This document shows positions 45,883-56,274 of a stretch of 64,000 bases of DNA, piece after piece. The stretch is from a virus. The notes under the pieces are model-generated. The model saw nothing but the letters and a program-made list of their open reading frames with translations. It ran no database searches and was not told the origin of the DNA. The stretch is from positions 64,001 through 128,000 of IMG/VR virus record IMGVR_UViG_3300035670_000026; one strand, 5' to 3'. A program made the translations under genes and the position numbers. Position 1 is the first letter of the stretch. Every line of letters starts with the position of its first letter.

Positions 45883-46339
45883 TTTTAGATCAACAAAAAT
45901 ATTTGATGGTTATTCAACAGTATTTCGTCAATGGAAAGCTACAGATACCCATTGTCGTTTTTTACATGGTTACGGAGTAAGTTTAAAAGTATGGTTTGAA
46001 GGCGATCTTGATCACCGCAATTGGGTTTGGGACTTTGGGGGTATGAAACGTACTAAAGGTACCATTGATGGTATGAATCCTAAAGAATGGATGGATTATA
46101 TGCTTGATCATACTACAATTATAGCAGAAGACGATCCATATCTTTCTTATTTTCGTAACATGGATTCCGAAGGTATAATTCAATTACGAGTAATACCCAA
46201 TACAGGAGCAGAATGTTTTGCTCAATATTTTTATTACAAACTAAATACATTTATTCAAAAAGAAACAAATAAGCGTGTAAAAGTAGTTCAAGTTGAATTC
46301 CGTGAACACGAGAAAAATACAGCATTTTATAAAGGTTAA
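45875..46339 (+). CDS. queD: 6-carboxy-5,6,7,8-tetrahydropterin synthase
   Basis: HCRFLHGY; WVWDFGG; LDHT; GAECFA; EHEKNTA. Confidence 0.88.
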   Translation: MGSFRSTKIFDGYSTVFRQWKATDTHCRFLHGYGVSLKVWFEGDLDHRNWVWDFGGMKRTKGTIDGMNPKEWMDYMLDHTTIIAEDDPYLSYFRNMDSEGIIQLRVIPNTGAECFAQYFYYKLNTFIQKETNKRVKVVQVEFREHEKNTAFYKG

Positions 46340-46340
46340 T

Positions 46341-47123
46341 ATGGCATTAAAAAGAATTGAAGATTATAGTAAAAAGCTTCCAATTGTAGAGCTTTATACT
46401 TGCGTACAATCAGAAGGCAGTAGAGCAGGTCGTCCTACTGTTGCTGTACGCACAACAGGATGTACTCACCGTTGTTATTTCGGTGAAGGAGGATGGTGTG
46501 ACTCTTGGTACACTAGTATCCACCCAGAAAAAGGTAAATATTCATTTCAGGATATTGTAGACATTTATGATGCTCATCCTGAAATTACTGAAATGATGCT
46601 TACTGGAGGTTCTCCTACTATGCATCCAGCACTAGTAAATGAATTGACTCATTTTGCTCACGAAAGAGGAATTATTATTACTATTGAAACTGAAGGATCT
46701 CATTTCCTAGAAACTGATCATCCTATTGGTCTTATTAGTTTTAGTCCTAAATTTAACAATTCAGTTCCTGTTTTAGGAGTACTTACACCTCAAGGTTCAG
46801 TTACTGATCAAAAGATGATTGACAAACACAATAGTTTACGTTTAAATAAAGTAGCTATTAAACAATCAATGGAATATCATGCTGATTACCATATGAAAGT
46901 TGTAGTTAATCCTGTTGAAGACCCTGAAACTTGGAATGAAATCAAAACATTCTTGGATGAATTGGAAGTACCTAAAAATAAAATTTGGATTATGCCTCCT
47001 GGAGATAACCGACAAGAATTGATTCGAGTTTATCCTATGGTAATTCAATGGTGTACAGACAACTATTATAATTTTACAGGTCGTGAACACATCATTGCCT
47101 TTGATACAAAGCGTGAAGTTTAA
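46341..47123 (+). CDS. queE: 7-carboxy-7-deazaguanine synthase (radical SAM)
   Basis: ELYTCVQSEGSRAGRPTVAVRTTGCTHRC...WCDS; LTGGSP; TIETEGS; SFSPK. Start reassigned to ATG at 46341. Confidence 0.9.
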   Translation: MALKRIEDYSKKLPIVELYTCVQSEGSRAGRPTVAVRTTGCTHRCYFGEGGWCDSWYTSIHPEKGKYSFQDIVDIYDAHPEITEMMLTGGSPTMHPALVNELTHFAHERGIIITIETEGSHFLETDHPIGLISFSPKFNNSVPVLGVLTPQGSVTDQKMIDKHNSLRLNKVAIKQSMEYHADYHMKVVVNPVEDPETWNEIKTFLDELEVPKNKIWIMPPGDNRQELIRVYPMVIQWCTDNYYNFTGREHIIAFDTKREV

Positions 47124-47134
47124 TATTTATTTTT

Positions 47135-47647
47135 ATGGGTAGTAAACAAGTATTATTTACTGAATTAGAATTACAAAACAAAGTAGGCGAACTTGCTTAT
47201 AACATTAAAAAACAAAAACATGATTTTCCTCCCGTGTTTATATGCGTTTTAAACGGCGCATTTATGTTTTTTACGGATTTAGTGAAGCGAATGGATGAAT
47301 GCGAAATAGACTTTATACGCGCGAAATCATACGAGGGAATTACACAGAGTACAGTCAAAATTACTAAATCTATTGAAATTGATATTTCAAGAAAAGATGT
47401 TTATCTTGTAGATGATATTTACGATACAGGAGAAACAATGAAAGAACTTACTAACCACCTTAAATTATATAATCCTCGATCAATCACTCCAGTTACTTTA
47501 TTTAAACGTTGGAGTGCAAAACATCCCGATTTAATTTATGGATTTGAATTGTATGATGAGGCCTGGCTTGTAGGTTATGGTTTAGACAATGAAAAAGGTC
47601 TCCAACGAAATCTTAAACATATCCTTGGAATCCCAAGAGAAGATTAG
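47135..47647 (+). CDS. hpt: Hypoxanthine-guanine phosphoribosyltransferase-like protein
   Basis: CVLNGAFMFFTDL; KSY; PRPP loop VYLVDDIYDTGETM; WLVGYGLD...RNL. Confidence 0.9.
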   Translation: MGSKQVLFTELELQNKVGELAYNIKKQKHDFPPVFICVLNGAFMFFTDLVKRMDECEIDFIRAKSYEGITQSTVKITKSIEIDISRKDVYLVDDIYDTGETMKELTNHLKLYNPRSITPVTLFKRWSAKHPDLIYGFELYDEAWLVGYGLDNEKGLQRNLKHILGIPRED

Positions 47648-47653
47648 TATATT
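47625..47653 (+). promoter_or_regulatory. TTGG-N19-TATATT promoter
   Basis: Exact spacing, upstream of the DIP1984-like gene. Confidence 0.65.
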
Positions 47654-47670
47654 ATATAAAAATAAAAGTC

Positions 47671-48099
47671 ATGAATGTATCTCAAGCATTAAAGCAAAAA
47701 AACAAATTAACTGTTGAATTAAAAAAACAGTACCAAATTGCACAAAAATTTAATTCCCAAGAAGAAGGGAATATTAGACGTTATTCAGTGCAGGACGCAT
47801 TGGATAAAGCTGCCGAGTTAACTATGGAGTTAACTGACCTAAAAACCAAGATCCACTTGGCAAACGCTCCTGTATACGATAAGATCTTTCGTATGGCTGA
47901 GTTAAAAGGCCGTATCAAGGAATTAAGAAAAATTCCAACGGAAGAAGGAAAAGCTGAATCACGATACAGTTCAGTAGTATCTGTAAAAGAAGTGGAAATT
48001 AATATTACCCAACTTGATGAAATGGTCCAAACACTAGAAGCAAGAATTGAAGAAATTCAAGCTGAGTTGGACGTTCATAACGCAACAACCCAAATTTAA
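47671..48099 (+). CDS. DIP1984-like coiled-coil protein
   Basis: Pattern MNVSQAL...LKTKIHLAN...IEEIQAELDVHNATTQI resembles the DIP1984 family (recognised from memory). Confidence 0.6.
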   Translation: MNVSQALKQKNKLTVELKKQYQIAQKFNSQEEGNIRRYSVQDALDKAAELTMELTDLKTKIHLANAPVYDKIFRMAELKGRIKELRKIPTEEGKAESRYSSVVSVKEVEINITQLDEMVQTLEARIEEIQAELDVHNATTQI

Positions 48100-48101
48100 T
48101 T

Positions 48102-48296
48102 TGAGTAGGGAGTGATGATGAATTAATTTTTGATGTCTTACAATTCTACTATGAGCCACATAGCGGATAAGTGATGATGATAAGGTTTATCCAACATCAA
48201 AATTTAAAAACTCAAAACATCAATCCTCGCGCACTTCAATAAATTTAAACCTCTTTGAACAGGACTAAAATTATTGATTCTGACTCGCTCCCCTCA
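48102..48296 (+). ncRNA. Putative structured non-coding RNA (about 195 nt)
   Basis: End pairing GGGAGTG (48108-48114)/CGCTCCC (48286-48292); GAATTAAT (48120-48127)/ATTGATTC (48273-48280); TTTTGATGT (48128-48136)/ACATCAAAA (48194-48202); hairpins at 48149-48163 and 48165-48192; no credible ORF in the interval. Confidence 0.6.
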
Positions 48297-48303
48297 TTTT
48301 AAT

Positions 48304-48332
48304 TTGGATATTTTAAATATCCTTTATATATT
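48304..48332 (+). promoter_or_regulatory. TTGG-N19-TATATT promoter
   Basis: Exact spacing, upstream of folE. Confidence 0.65.
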
Positions 48333-48354
48333 AAAAACATAAAATAAATAAGTT

Positions 48355-49059
48355 ATGGAAAATATCGAAAATAAACGTCGTAAAAAACACGAAGACATTG
48401 AGTGTGTTCCTGTAGGTTATGCTAATGGAGTAGCAGCAGGTTTTCCTTTTACTGATAAAGAAAAGGAATCAATGATTGAAGAAGCAGCCGAAGCATTTGG
48501 CCAGTTTCTTGATGCACTAAAATGTGATTGGCGAAAGGATCCTAATTCAATGGAAACTCCTCGTCGCGTAGCCAAAGCATATGTAAATGATTTGTGGAAA
48601 GGTCGTTATAATAATTTTACTGAAATTACTTCATTTCCTTCAGATGGTTATGATGGAATTATTATTGAACGTAATATTCAACTTACGTCAATGTGTTCTC
48701 ACCATCACCAAACAATTCGTGGTGTAGTACATATTGGTTATGTAGCTGGAAACGAAGGTCAAGTAATTGGTTTGTCTAAATTAAATCGTATTGTAGAACA
48801 TTTTGGTCGTAGAGGTGCTATTCAAGAACAACTTACATCCGCTATTCACCAAGCAGTAGATAAAGTGTGTGAAGCTAATCGTGGTGTAATTGTAACTGTA
48901 GTTGCTACTCATAATTGTGTAAGTTGCAGAGGTATTAATCACCAAGGTGCTGCAATGGTAACTACTAAAGCATCAGGTGTGTTTATGGATAATAATAATC
49001 AAGCACGTAAAGAATTTTTTGATTCACTTAAAATTAATAATGGTCATGTCTCAATCTAA
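48355..49059 (+). CDS. folE: GTP cyclohydrolase I
   Basis: ETPRRVAKAY; SMCSHHH; IGLSKLNRIV; IQEQLT; ATHNCVSCRG. Confidence 0.95.
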   Translation: MENIENKRRKKHEDIECVPVGYANGVAAGFPFTDKEKESMIEEAAEAFGQFLDALKCDWRKDPNSMETPRRVAKAYVNDLWKGRYNNFTEITSFPSDGYDGIIIERNIQLTSMCSHHHQTIRGVVHIGYVAGNEGQVIGLSKLNRIVEHFGRRGAIQEQLTSAIHQAVDKVCEANRGVIVTVVATHNCVSCRGINHQGAAMVTTKASGVFMDNNNQARKEFFDSLKINNGHVSI

Positions 49060-49534
49060 GGAAAATTATGTCCCGTTTGTAAGCGAAGTTGAAGAATTTA
49101 ACGCTTTAATGAATAAACCCAATAACTATGAACCAACAATTCCAGAAAATAGAGCTGAATGGGAATTTGTTTATAACTTCATTCTCGAAGAACTTGAAGA
49201 ATATAAACAAGCTTGCGAACGTGGGGACATCGTGGAAGTTTTGGATGCGTTGTGTGATATTACTTATGTATCCCTTGGGAACGGTGCTATGCTTCATGGT
49301 CTTAAGGATAAAGTTTGGCCCGCTTATATGGAAGTACAGGCATCAAATTTATCAAAAGCTTGTTCTACACAAGAAGAGGCACAAGCGACTGTTGACTTAC
49401 GTTCCCGAGAGCAAGGCGAAGGATGTCACTATGAACAGGTTGCTGACAAGTATGTTGTATATCGTACTAGAGACCGTAAAGTAATGAAGTCTATCAATTA
49501 CTTTAAACCTAATCTTAAGCAGTTTTTTAAATAA
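49046..49534 (+). CDS. MazG-like (PRA-PH family) NTP pyrophosphohydrolase
   Basis: FILEELEEY...EVLDALCDITYV...EVQASNLSK...KVMKS. Start reassigned to ATG at 49046. Confidence 0.85.
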   Translation: MSQSKENYVPFVSEVEEFNALMNKPNNYEPTIPENRAEWEFVYNFILEELEEYKQACERGDIVEVLDALCDITYVSLGNGAMLHGLKDKVWPAYMEVQASNLSKACSTQEEAQATVDLRSREQGEGCHYEQVADKYVVYRTRDRKVMKSINYFKPNLKQFFK

Positions 49535-52137
49535 TGTATCAATCCATCTATTACGATAGAGAGGAATACCAGTACTACTTAAGAGATGATAAGCGAGGTT
49601 GGAAGGTATTTAATTACCAGCCAACCTGCTATGTTGCTGATCCAGATGGTGAATTGGAAACTCTTGATGGTATTCGTGTATCACCAATCAAAAAGATTGA
49701 TTGGAAAGATTCTAGATTTTATGAAAAAGATGTAGATAAGAACACTCGTGTGTTAGTAGATTTATATCACGAGTCTGATGAAACACCTTCATACCATAAT
49801 TTAGTTTATCTCGATATTGAGTGTGAGATTGCTGGAGCACTTACACCTGAAAATATTAAAGACCCTAAAGGTAAAATTACATCTGTTGCTTTGTACGATA
49901 ATAATAGTAAAAAATATTACTGTTTATTATTAGATGAAGTAGGTAAAATGTCTGAAGCCAAATCTGAAGGTAAAGAGGTGATTCCTTACCCTACAGAAAA
50001 AGATTTGCTCAATGGATTTCTTGATTTATGGATTAAATTAGATCCTACTATCATTTCAGGATGGAATAGTGAATTCTTTGATATTCCTTATTTGTATTAT
50101 CGTATTTCTAAAGTATTAAGTGAAGATATTGCTCAGTATTTATCTCCTATTCGTAAGGTAAAATCTACAGCAATGTTTGATGCGGGGGTAATGACTGATT
50201 TTGTAGTTGTAGGTGGTATTAATCACTTAGATTACATGAATTTGTTTAAAAAGTTTATTACTAAACAAGAATCAAGTTATGCTTTAGGTAATATCGGAGA
50301 AAAATATGTTAAATTAGGTAAAATTGATTACAAAGGTTCACTCGATAGACTATTCCAGGAAGATATAGAAAAATTTATTGAATATAACCTTCGAGACGTT
50401 GAAATTATTGTTGAATTAGAAAAATCACTTAAATTCATTGAATTAACAGTTACAATTGCTCATTTGTGTCATACAACTTATGAATCAATCTATTATTCAA
50501 CTGTGTTAAATGATGGAGCTATTTTAACTTATCTAAAACGTAAAGGTATTGTATCTCCTAATAAACCAACCACATATAATCCTGCACTTAAAGAAATTAA
50601 GGAAGAATATGCTGGGGGTTATTTAAAAGATCCAGTACCTGGTTTGTATGAATGGGTTATTGACCTCGATTTTACTTCGTTGTATCCCTCAATCATTCGC
50701 TCACTTAATATGGGTATTGAAACACTAGTAGGACGCGTTGTAAACCGAGATAAATTTGATAATCAATGGTCTTTACGTGAACTTAAGGCAATGGATCCTA
50801 ATAAAATTATCGAAATTGAAAAAGTTAAAAAAGATAGATCATTGGTTCGTTCTGAAGTAAAAGTAAAAGACATTATAGAACTTATTAAAGAAGGAAATTT
50901 ACTAATTTCAGCTCCTGGAGTAATATTCCGTAAAGATAAATCAAGTGTTGTGTGTGAAATTCTAGCAGACTGGTTTGCTAAACGTCAAGAATATAAGGCG
51001 TTGATGAAAAAAGCATATAAAATCGACAACGACCCTGTTATGGGAGAGTTTTATAATAAACGTCAACACGCGTATAAGATTAAATTAAATGATGTTTACG
51101 GGGTATTTGCTATCAATGGTTGGAGATACACTGATGGACATAAATTTATTAGTAAAGCTATTACTCTTACTGGTCAAAGATTAACTCAAGAGTCTATTAA
51201 GTTTGTTAATAAATGGATGAATGAAGAATTAGGTACTAAAGATAAAGATTACATTGTTACATCAGATACCGATTCACTGTTTATTCAAACTAAAGAACTA
51301 ATATTACAACGTAATCCTGAATTAGCAGATGGTACACAAGATGAAATTGTAAAAGCAGTACTTAAAGTTGCTACCGAAATTCAAAAATTAGCAAATGATC
51401 ATTTACATGTTTTAGTACAAGAGTTATTTAATGTTAAATATCCTGATGAACCACATTATTTTGAGTTAAAACAGGAGGTTGTACTTGATAGAGGTTATTT
51501 TGCGGGTAAACGTAGATATGCAATGCATATTGTAAATAAAGAAGGTGTACCAACAGATGAACTAGATATGAAGGGTTTAGATTTGATGAAATCAAATTTT
51601 CCTCCACTATTTAGAAAGTTTGGTGAACATATTTTAAATGAAATTATGTTCGGTACTTCTAAAGCTAGTATTGATAAGCAAGTCCTTGAATTTAGAGAAT
51701 CACTTAGAACAGTAGGTTGGGAACAAATTTTAAAACCTACAGGATTAAAGAAAATGAGTGAATATATCGCTTCAGGTCCTACAGCTGGTGAAATATTTAG
51801 TAAATTAGGTTTAAAATGTCCTATTAATACTAAAGCAGCAATTTATTACAATGATTTATTGCGTTTTAAAGGATTAGATAAAAAACATCCAACTTTTCAA
51901 ATAGGAGATAAAATGTATATTGGATACCTGAAAGAAAATCCGTATCGTATCGATGTGATTGGTTTTAACGGATATAATGATCCTCCAGAAATTATGGAAT
52001 TCATAGAAAAATATATTGACAGAGATGGATTATTTGATTCAGTTATGAAAAATAAATTAGAAGGCATTTATAAAGATCTTAAATGGGGTATGCCTGTACT
52101 TAATAAAAAAGTTAATAAATTCTTTACATTCGAATAA
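49534..52137 (+). CDS. Family B DNA polymerase (gp43-like)
   Basis: Exonuclease motifs LDIECE, GWNSEFFDIPY and YNLRDV; polymerase motifs DFTSLYPSII, KIKLNDVYG, TSDTDS and KRRY. Confidence 0.96.
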   Translation: MYQSIYYDREEYQYYLRDDKRGWKVFNYQPTCYVADPDGELETLDGIRVSPIKKIDWKDSRFYEKDVDKNTRVLVDLYHESDETPSYHNLVYLDIECEIAGALTPENIKDPKGKITSVALYDNNSKKYYCLLLDEVGKMSEAKSEGKEVIPYPTEKDLLNGFLDLWIKLDPTIISGWNSEFFDIPYLYYRISKVLSEDIAQYLSPIRKVKSTAMFDAGVMTDFVVVGGINHLDYMNLFKKFITKQESSYALGNIGEKYVKLGKIDYKGSLDRLFQEDIEKFIEYNLRDVEIIVELEKSLKFIELTVTIAHLCHTTYESIYYSTVLNDGAILTYLKRKGIVSPNKPTTYNPALKEIKEEYAGGYLKDPVPGLYEWVIDLDFTSLYPSIIRSLNMGIETLVGRVVNRDKFDNQWSLRELKAMDPNKIIEIEKVKKDRSLVRSEVKVKDIIELIKEGNLLISAPGVIFRKDKSSVVCEILADWFAKRQEYKALMKKAYKIDNDPVMGEFYNKRQHAYKIKLNDVYGVFAINGWRYTDGHKFISKAITLTGQRLTQESIKFVNKWMNEELGTKDKDYIVTSDTDSLFIQTKELILQRNPELADGTQDEIVKAVLKVATEIQKLANDHLHVLVQELFNVKYPDEPHYFELKQEVVLDRGYFAGKRRYAMHIVNKEGVPTDELDMKGLDLMKSNFPPLFRKFGEHILNEIMFGTSKASIDKQVLEFRESLRTVGWEQILKPTGLKKMSEYIASGPTAGEIFSKLGLKCPINTKAAIYYNDLLRFKGLDKKHPTFQIGDKMYIGYLKENPYRIDVIGFNGYNDPPEIMEFIEKYIDRDGLFDSVMKNKLEGIYKDLKWGMPVLNKKVNKFFTFE

Positions 52138-52140
52138 GTT

Positions 52141-52881
52141 ATGATTAATAAATTAGACCTTACATCAGTTATTTCAAAATATTACCTAAATGGTATGGTT
52201 GAAGCTGTTAAATGGGATATTCAAGATGAAAATATGGTTATTAAATTTAATGCACCAACTAAAGAAATGATTGGTCGTGTTGAATTTAAAGGTATGCCTC
52301 TTGAAGATTCAACTATTGCAATCAGCAATACTACTCAATTGAATAAATTAATTGGTATTACAAATGGTTATTTAGACTTAAAATATGAAAAAATTAATAA
52401 GTATATTACCAAATTAATCATTGCTGATAATCAGTTTACACTTAATTATGCTCTAGCAGATGCTATGATTATTCCTAAAGCTGGAGAAATAACAGGTGAA
52501 ATGTCCTGGAATATTGAAGCTCCACTTGATAATGAAAGTATTAATGCTATTGTAAAAGCTAAAGGAGCATTAGCTGAAAGCGAAACCGTAGTTATTAAAC
52601 CATTTGAAAATGCAGATGGTGAATTTCAAATTGAAATGCAGTTTGGTGGTAACGTAGAACATGCTAATAAAGTTTCATTTTACATTCCAGGTGCTGAAAC
52701 AACTGATTTACCAGATGACTTTAAAGAACATTATAATTCAAATATGATTAAAGAAATCATGTATTGTAATAAAGATATGGCTGGAGGTAATATTAGTATT
52801 AACTTAGAAGGCATTATGAAGTTAGAATTTGAAAACGAGAATTTAAAAAGTACTTATTACCTTGTGTCAAAAGAAATCTAA
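52141..52881 (+). CDS. Sliding clamp (gp45-like)
   Basis: Size 246 aa, follows PolB, C-terminal GIMKLEF...STYYLV. Confidence 0.7.
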   Translation: MINKLDLTSVISKYYLNGMVEAVKWDIQDENMVIKFNAPTKEMIGRVEFKGMPLEDSTIAISNTTQLNKLIGITNGYLDLKYEKINKYITKLIIADNQFTLNYALADAMIIPKAGEITGEMSWNIEAPLDNESINAIVKAKGALAESETVVIKPFENADGEFQIEMQFGGNVEHANKVSFYIPGAETTDLPDDFKEHYNSNMIKEIMYCNKDMAGGNISINLEGIMKLEFENENLKSTYYLVSKEI

Positions 52882-53258
52882 TGAAAAAACCAGACAATGT
52901 ATCAGATAACCCAGGACTTTTACCTTATGCTAGTAATATAGGAGCACCTGCTATTCGCCCAGATAATATTGATGATTGGAAGCTTAGAGGAGTAAATAAG
53001 GTAAACAAACAACTCGAAACTAAATTTTTAGAATTAAAAGAAGAATACTTAAAATTAGTAGAAGAATATAAATGGAATGAATTAGTTTATCAAGCTAAAT
53101 TTGCATATGAACCTATAATTGGTGGAGTATATCACTTGTATGTTGGTAGAGATGGAAATCCTTTTTTATCTTTAATAGCACCAAATGAATGGAATATGGA
53201 ATATATTGGTTCTTTTAAACTAAATAGTGAACAAAAATGGATCAAAATTGAATTTTGA
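52881..53258 (+). CDS. Hypothetical protein (DUF2452-like)
   Basis: LPYASNIGAPAI; FAYEPIIGGVYHLY; LSLIAPNEW. Confidence 0.6.
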   Translation: MKKPDNVSDNPGLLPYASNIGAPAIRPDNIDDWKLRGVNKVNKQLETKFLELKEEYLKLVEEYKWNELVYQAKFAYEPIIGGVYHLYVGRDGNPFLSLIAPNEWNMEYIGSFKLNSEQKWIKIEF

Positions 53259-53272
53259 TATATGTATAATAG

Positions 53273-53798
53273 ACAAAACCACAACTTTAGGGAGCAAGTT
53301 TTGTTAATGTTTAACCCGCTGATCTTCGGACAGCATAAATTTAAAATGATATGAGTACATTATTTAGAGAAAATTACATTTCACCTTTTGATCTCTTGTT
53401 TAGAGATTTTTTCAAGTCTGAATTAGACTTCCAACCAGCTGCACAAGCTAAAATTACCCACCCCGTAGATATTTTTGAAACCCAACATGGACTTCATTTT
53501 GAAGTTGCTTGTACTGGTCTTTCTAAAGACGATGTTGAAATCAATATCGAAGGGGACATCCTTAGAATTTCTTATAATAAAGAAACTGGGGAATATGTTG
53601 AACGTAATTACATCCATAAAGGTGTAGCTAAGCGTTCATTTAATTTAGGTTATAAAATCGCTTCTAAATTTGATTTATTAAAATCAGAGGCAATGATGGA
53701 AAATGGATTACTCGCAATTCGAATCCCATTTGCTGAAGAAGCAAAACCAAAATCCCTTAAAATAAAATAATAAAAAGCTCCCTAAAGCTTGGTTTTGT
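53273..53798. repeat. Imperfect 22-23 nt inverted repeats flanking hsp20
   Basis: ACAAAACCacaaCTTTAGGGAGC (53273-53295) versus GCTCCCTAAAGcttGGTTTTGT (53777-53798). Confidence 0.75.
53351..53770 (+). CDS. Small heat-shock protein (Hsp20)
   Basis: HPVDIFE; EVACTGLSKDDV; YIHKGVAKRSF; AMMENGLLAIRIP. Confidence 0.92.
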   Translation: MSTLFRENYISPFDLLFRDFFKSELDFQPAAQAKITHPVDIFETQHGLHFEVACTGLSKDDVEINIEGDILRISYNKETGEYVERNYIHKGVAKRSFNLGYKIASKFDLLKSEAMMENGLLAIRIPFAEEAKPKSLKIK

Positions 53799-53817
53799 TA
53801 AAAAAAGTTCGTATATT
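53789..53817 (+). promoter_or_regulatory. TTGG-N19-TATATT promoter
   Basis: Exact spacing, upstream of the groES/groEL unit. Confidence 0.65.
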
Positions 53818-53836
53818 AACGGAAATAAAAAAAGTT

Positions 53837-54154
53837 ATGGACAAAAAAGAAGAATTTTCATCTCTCACAGTTATTCGAGATCCCAAAATTGAACCTTATT
53901 TTATAGGCAAGGATTCCTACTGCTACACTGTTTACCAAACAATCACCCCAGACACCAAATATACTGAGGGTAATAAACCTGGTAAGGATTATACTAAAGC
54001 ATTAGGTCATTACAGTAGTTTTGGAAGTTGTCTTAAATCAATTGCTAAGAATAAAGTAGATGATAAGAAAAATTATAATTCTATTCAAGAATATATTGAA
54101 ATGTTTAATCAAGTAACAAAAGAAATTGAAAAATTAACTAACGTTGGAATTTAA
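53837..54154 (+). CDS. Hypothetical protein
   Basis: AAGTT-ATG start at 53837. Confidence 0.7.
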   Translation: MDKKEEFSSLTVIRDPKIEPYFIGKDSYCYTVYQTITPDTKYTEGNKPGKDYTKALGHYSSFGSCLKSIAKNKVDDKKNYNSIQEYIEMFNQVTKEIEKLTNVGI

Positions 54155-54157
54155 ATT

Positions 54158-54448
54158 ATGGCACTAGAAGCAATTTATAATGCGGTTATTGTAAAACCCA
54201 TTGAAGCAGAAGAAACCTCACATGGAGGTATTATCGTTCCCGATTTGGGAAATGAAAAAAACAAACTTGGAGAAGTAGTAGCAGTAGGTGCTGGTTACTG
54301 GTCAGTAACTGGAGCTTATATTGAAACTGTTCTTAAAGTTGGTGATGTAGTAGTATTACCTACTATGGGATTTAGTAAACTGGAATATGAAGGTGATGAA
54401 TACTGGATTGGTCCTGAAAATCAAGTTTTAGCAAAAGTAAATAAATAA
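54158..54448 (+). CDS. groES: Co-chaperonin GroES
   Basis: ETSHGGIIVPD; GEVVAVGAG; LKVGDVV. Confidence 0.92.
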   Translation: MALEAIYNAVIVKPIEAEETSHGGIIVPDLGNEKNKLGEVVAVGAGYWSVTGAYIETVLKVGDVVVLPTMGFSKLEYEGDEYWIGPENQVLAKVNK

Positions 54449-56062
<1,614 letters not shown>

Positions 56063-56073
56063 ATTTAAGTAAA

Positions 56074-56274
56074 ATGCAAGATGCAGTATCTCTCATAGGA
56101 AAATTTATTAAAATTGGAGATGAAGTATTAGAAATAACAAATGTATATTTTGTTCCTCTAGCAATTTCTCCAAAACACTCCATATATTTTGGTCTTAAAC
56201 ACCCAGGTAAAGGTACTATAAATTATTCTTATGAGTCGATACTGCCTTACTTAAATCAACAAATTAAGTTATGA
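56074..56274 (+). CDS. Hypothetical protein
   Basis: Intact ORF within the operon. Confidence 0.6.
   Translation: MQDAVSLIGKFIKIGDEVLEITNVYFVPLAISPKHSIYFGLKHPGKGTINYSYESILPYLNQQIKL

Noticed and set aside
48102-48296. tRNA, tmRNA or group I intron as identity of the structured gap
   Set aside because: No cloverleaf or TTCGA T-loop, no CCA end or tag ORF, and it does not interrupt a gene; kept as an unknown ncRNA.
35298-52137. Inteins, introns or homing endonucleases in the helicase, nrdA/nrdB or polB
   Set aside because: Protein lengths are normal, motifs are contiguous, and no LAGLIDADG/HNH or intein splice motifs were seen.
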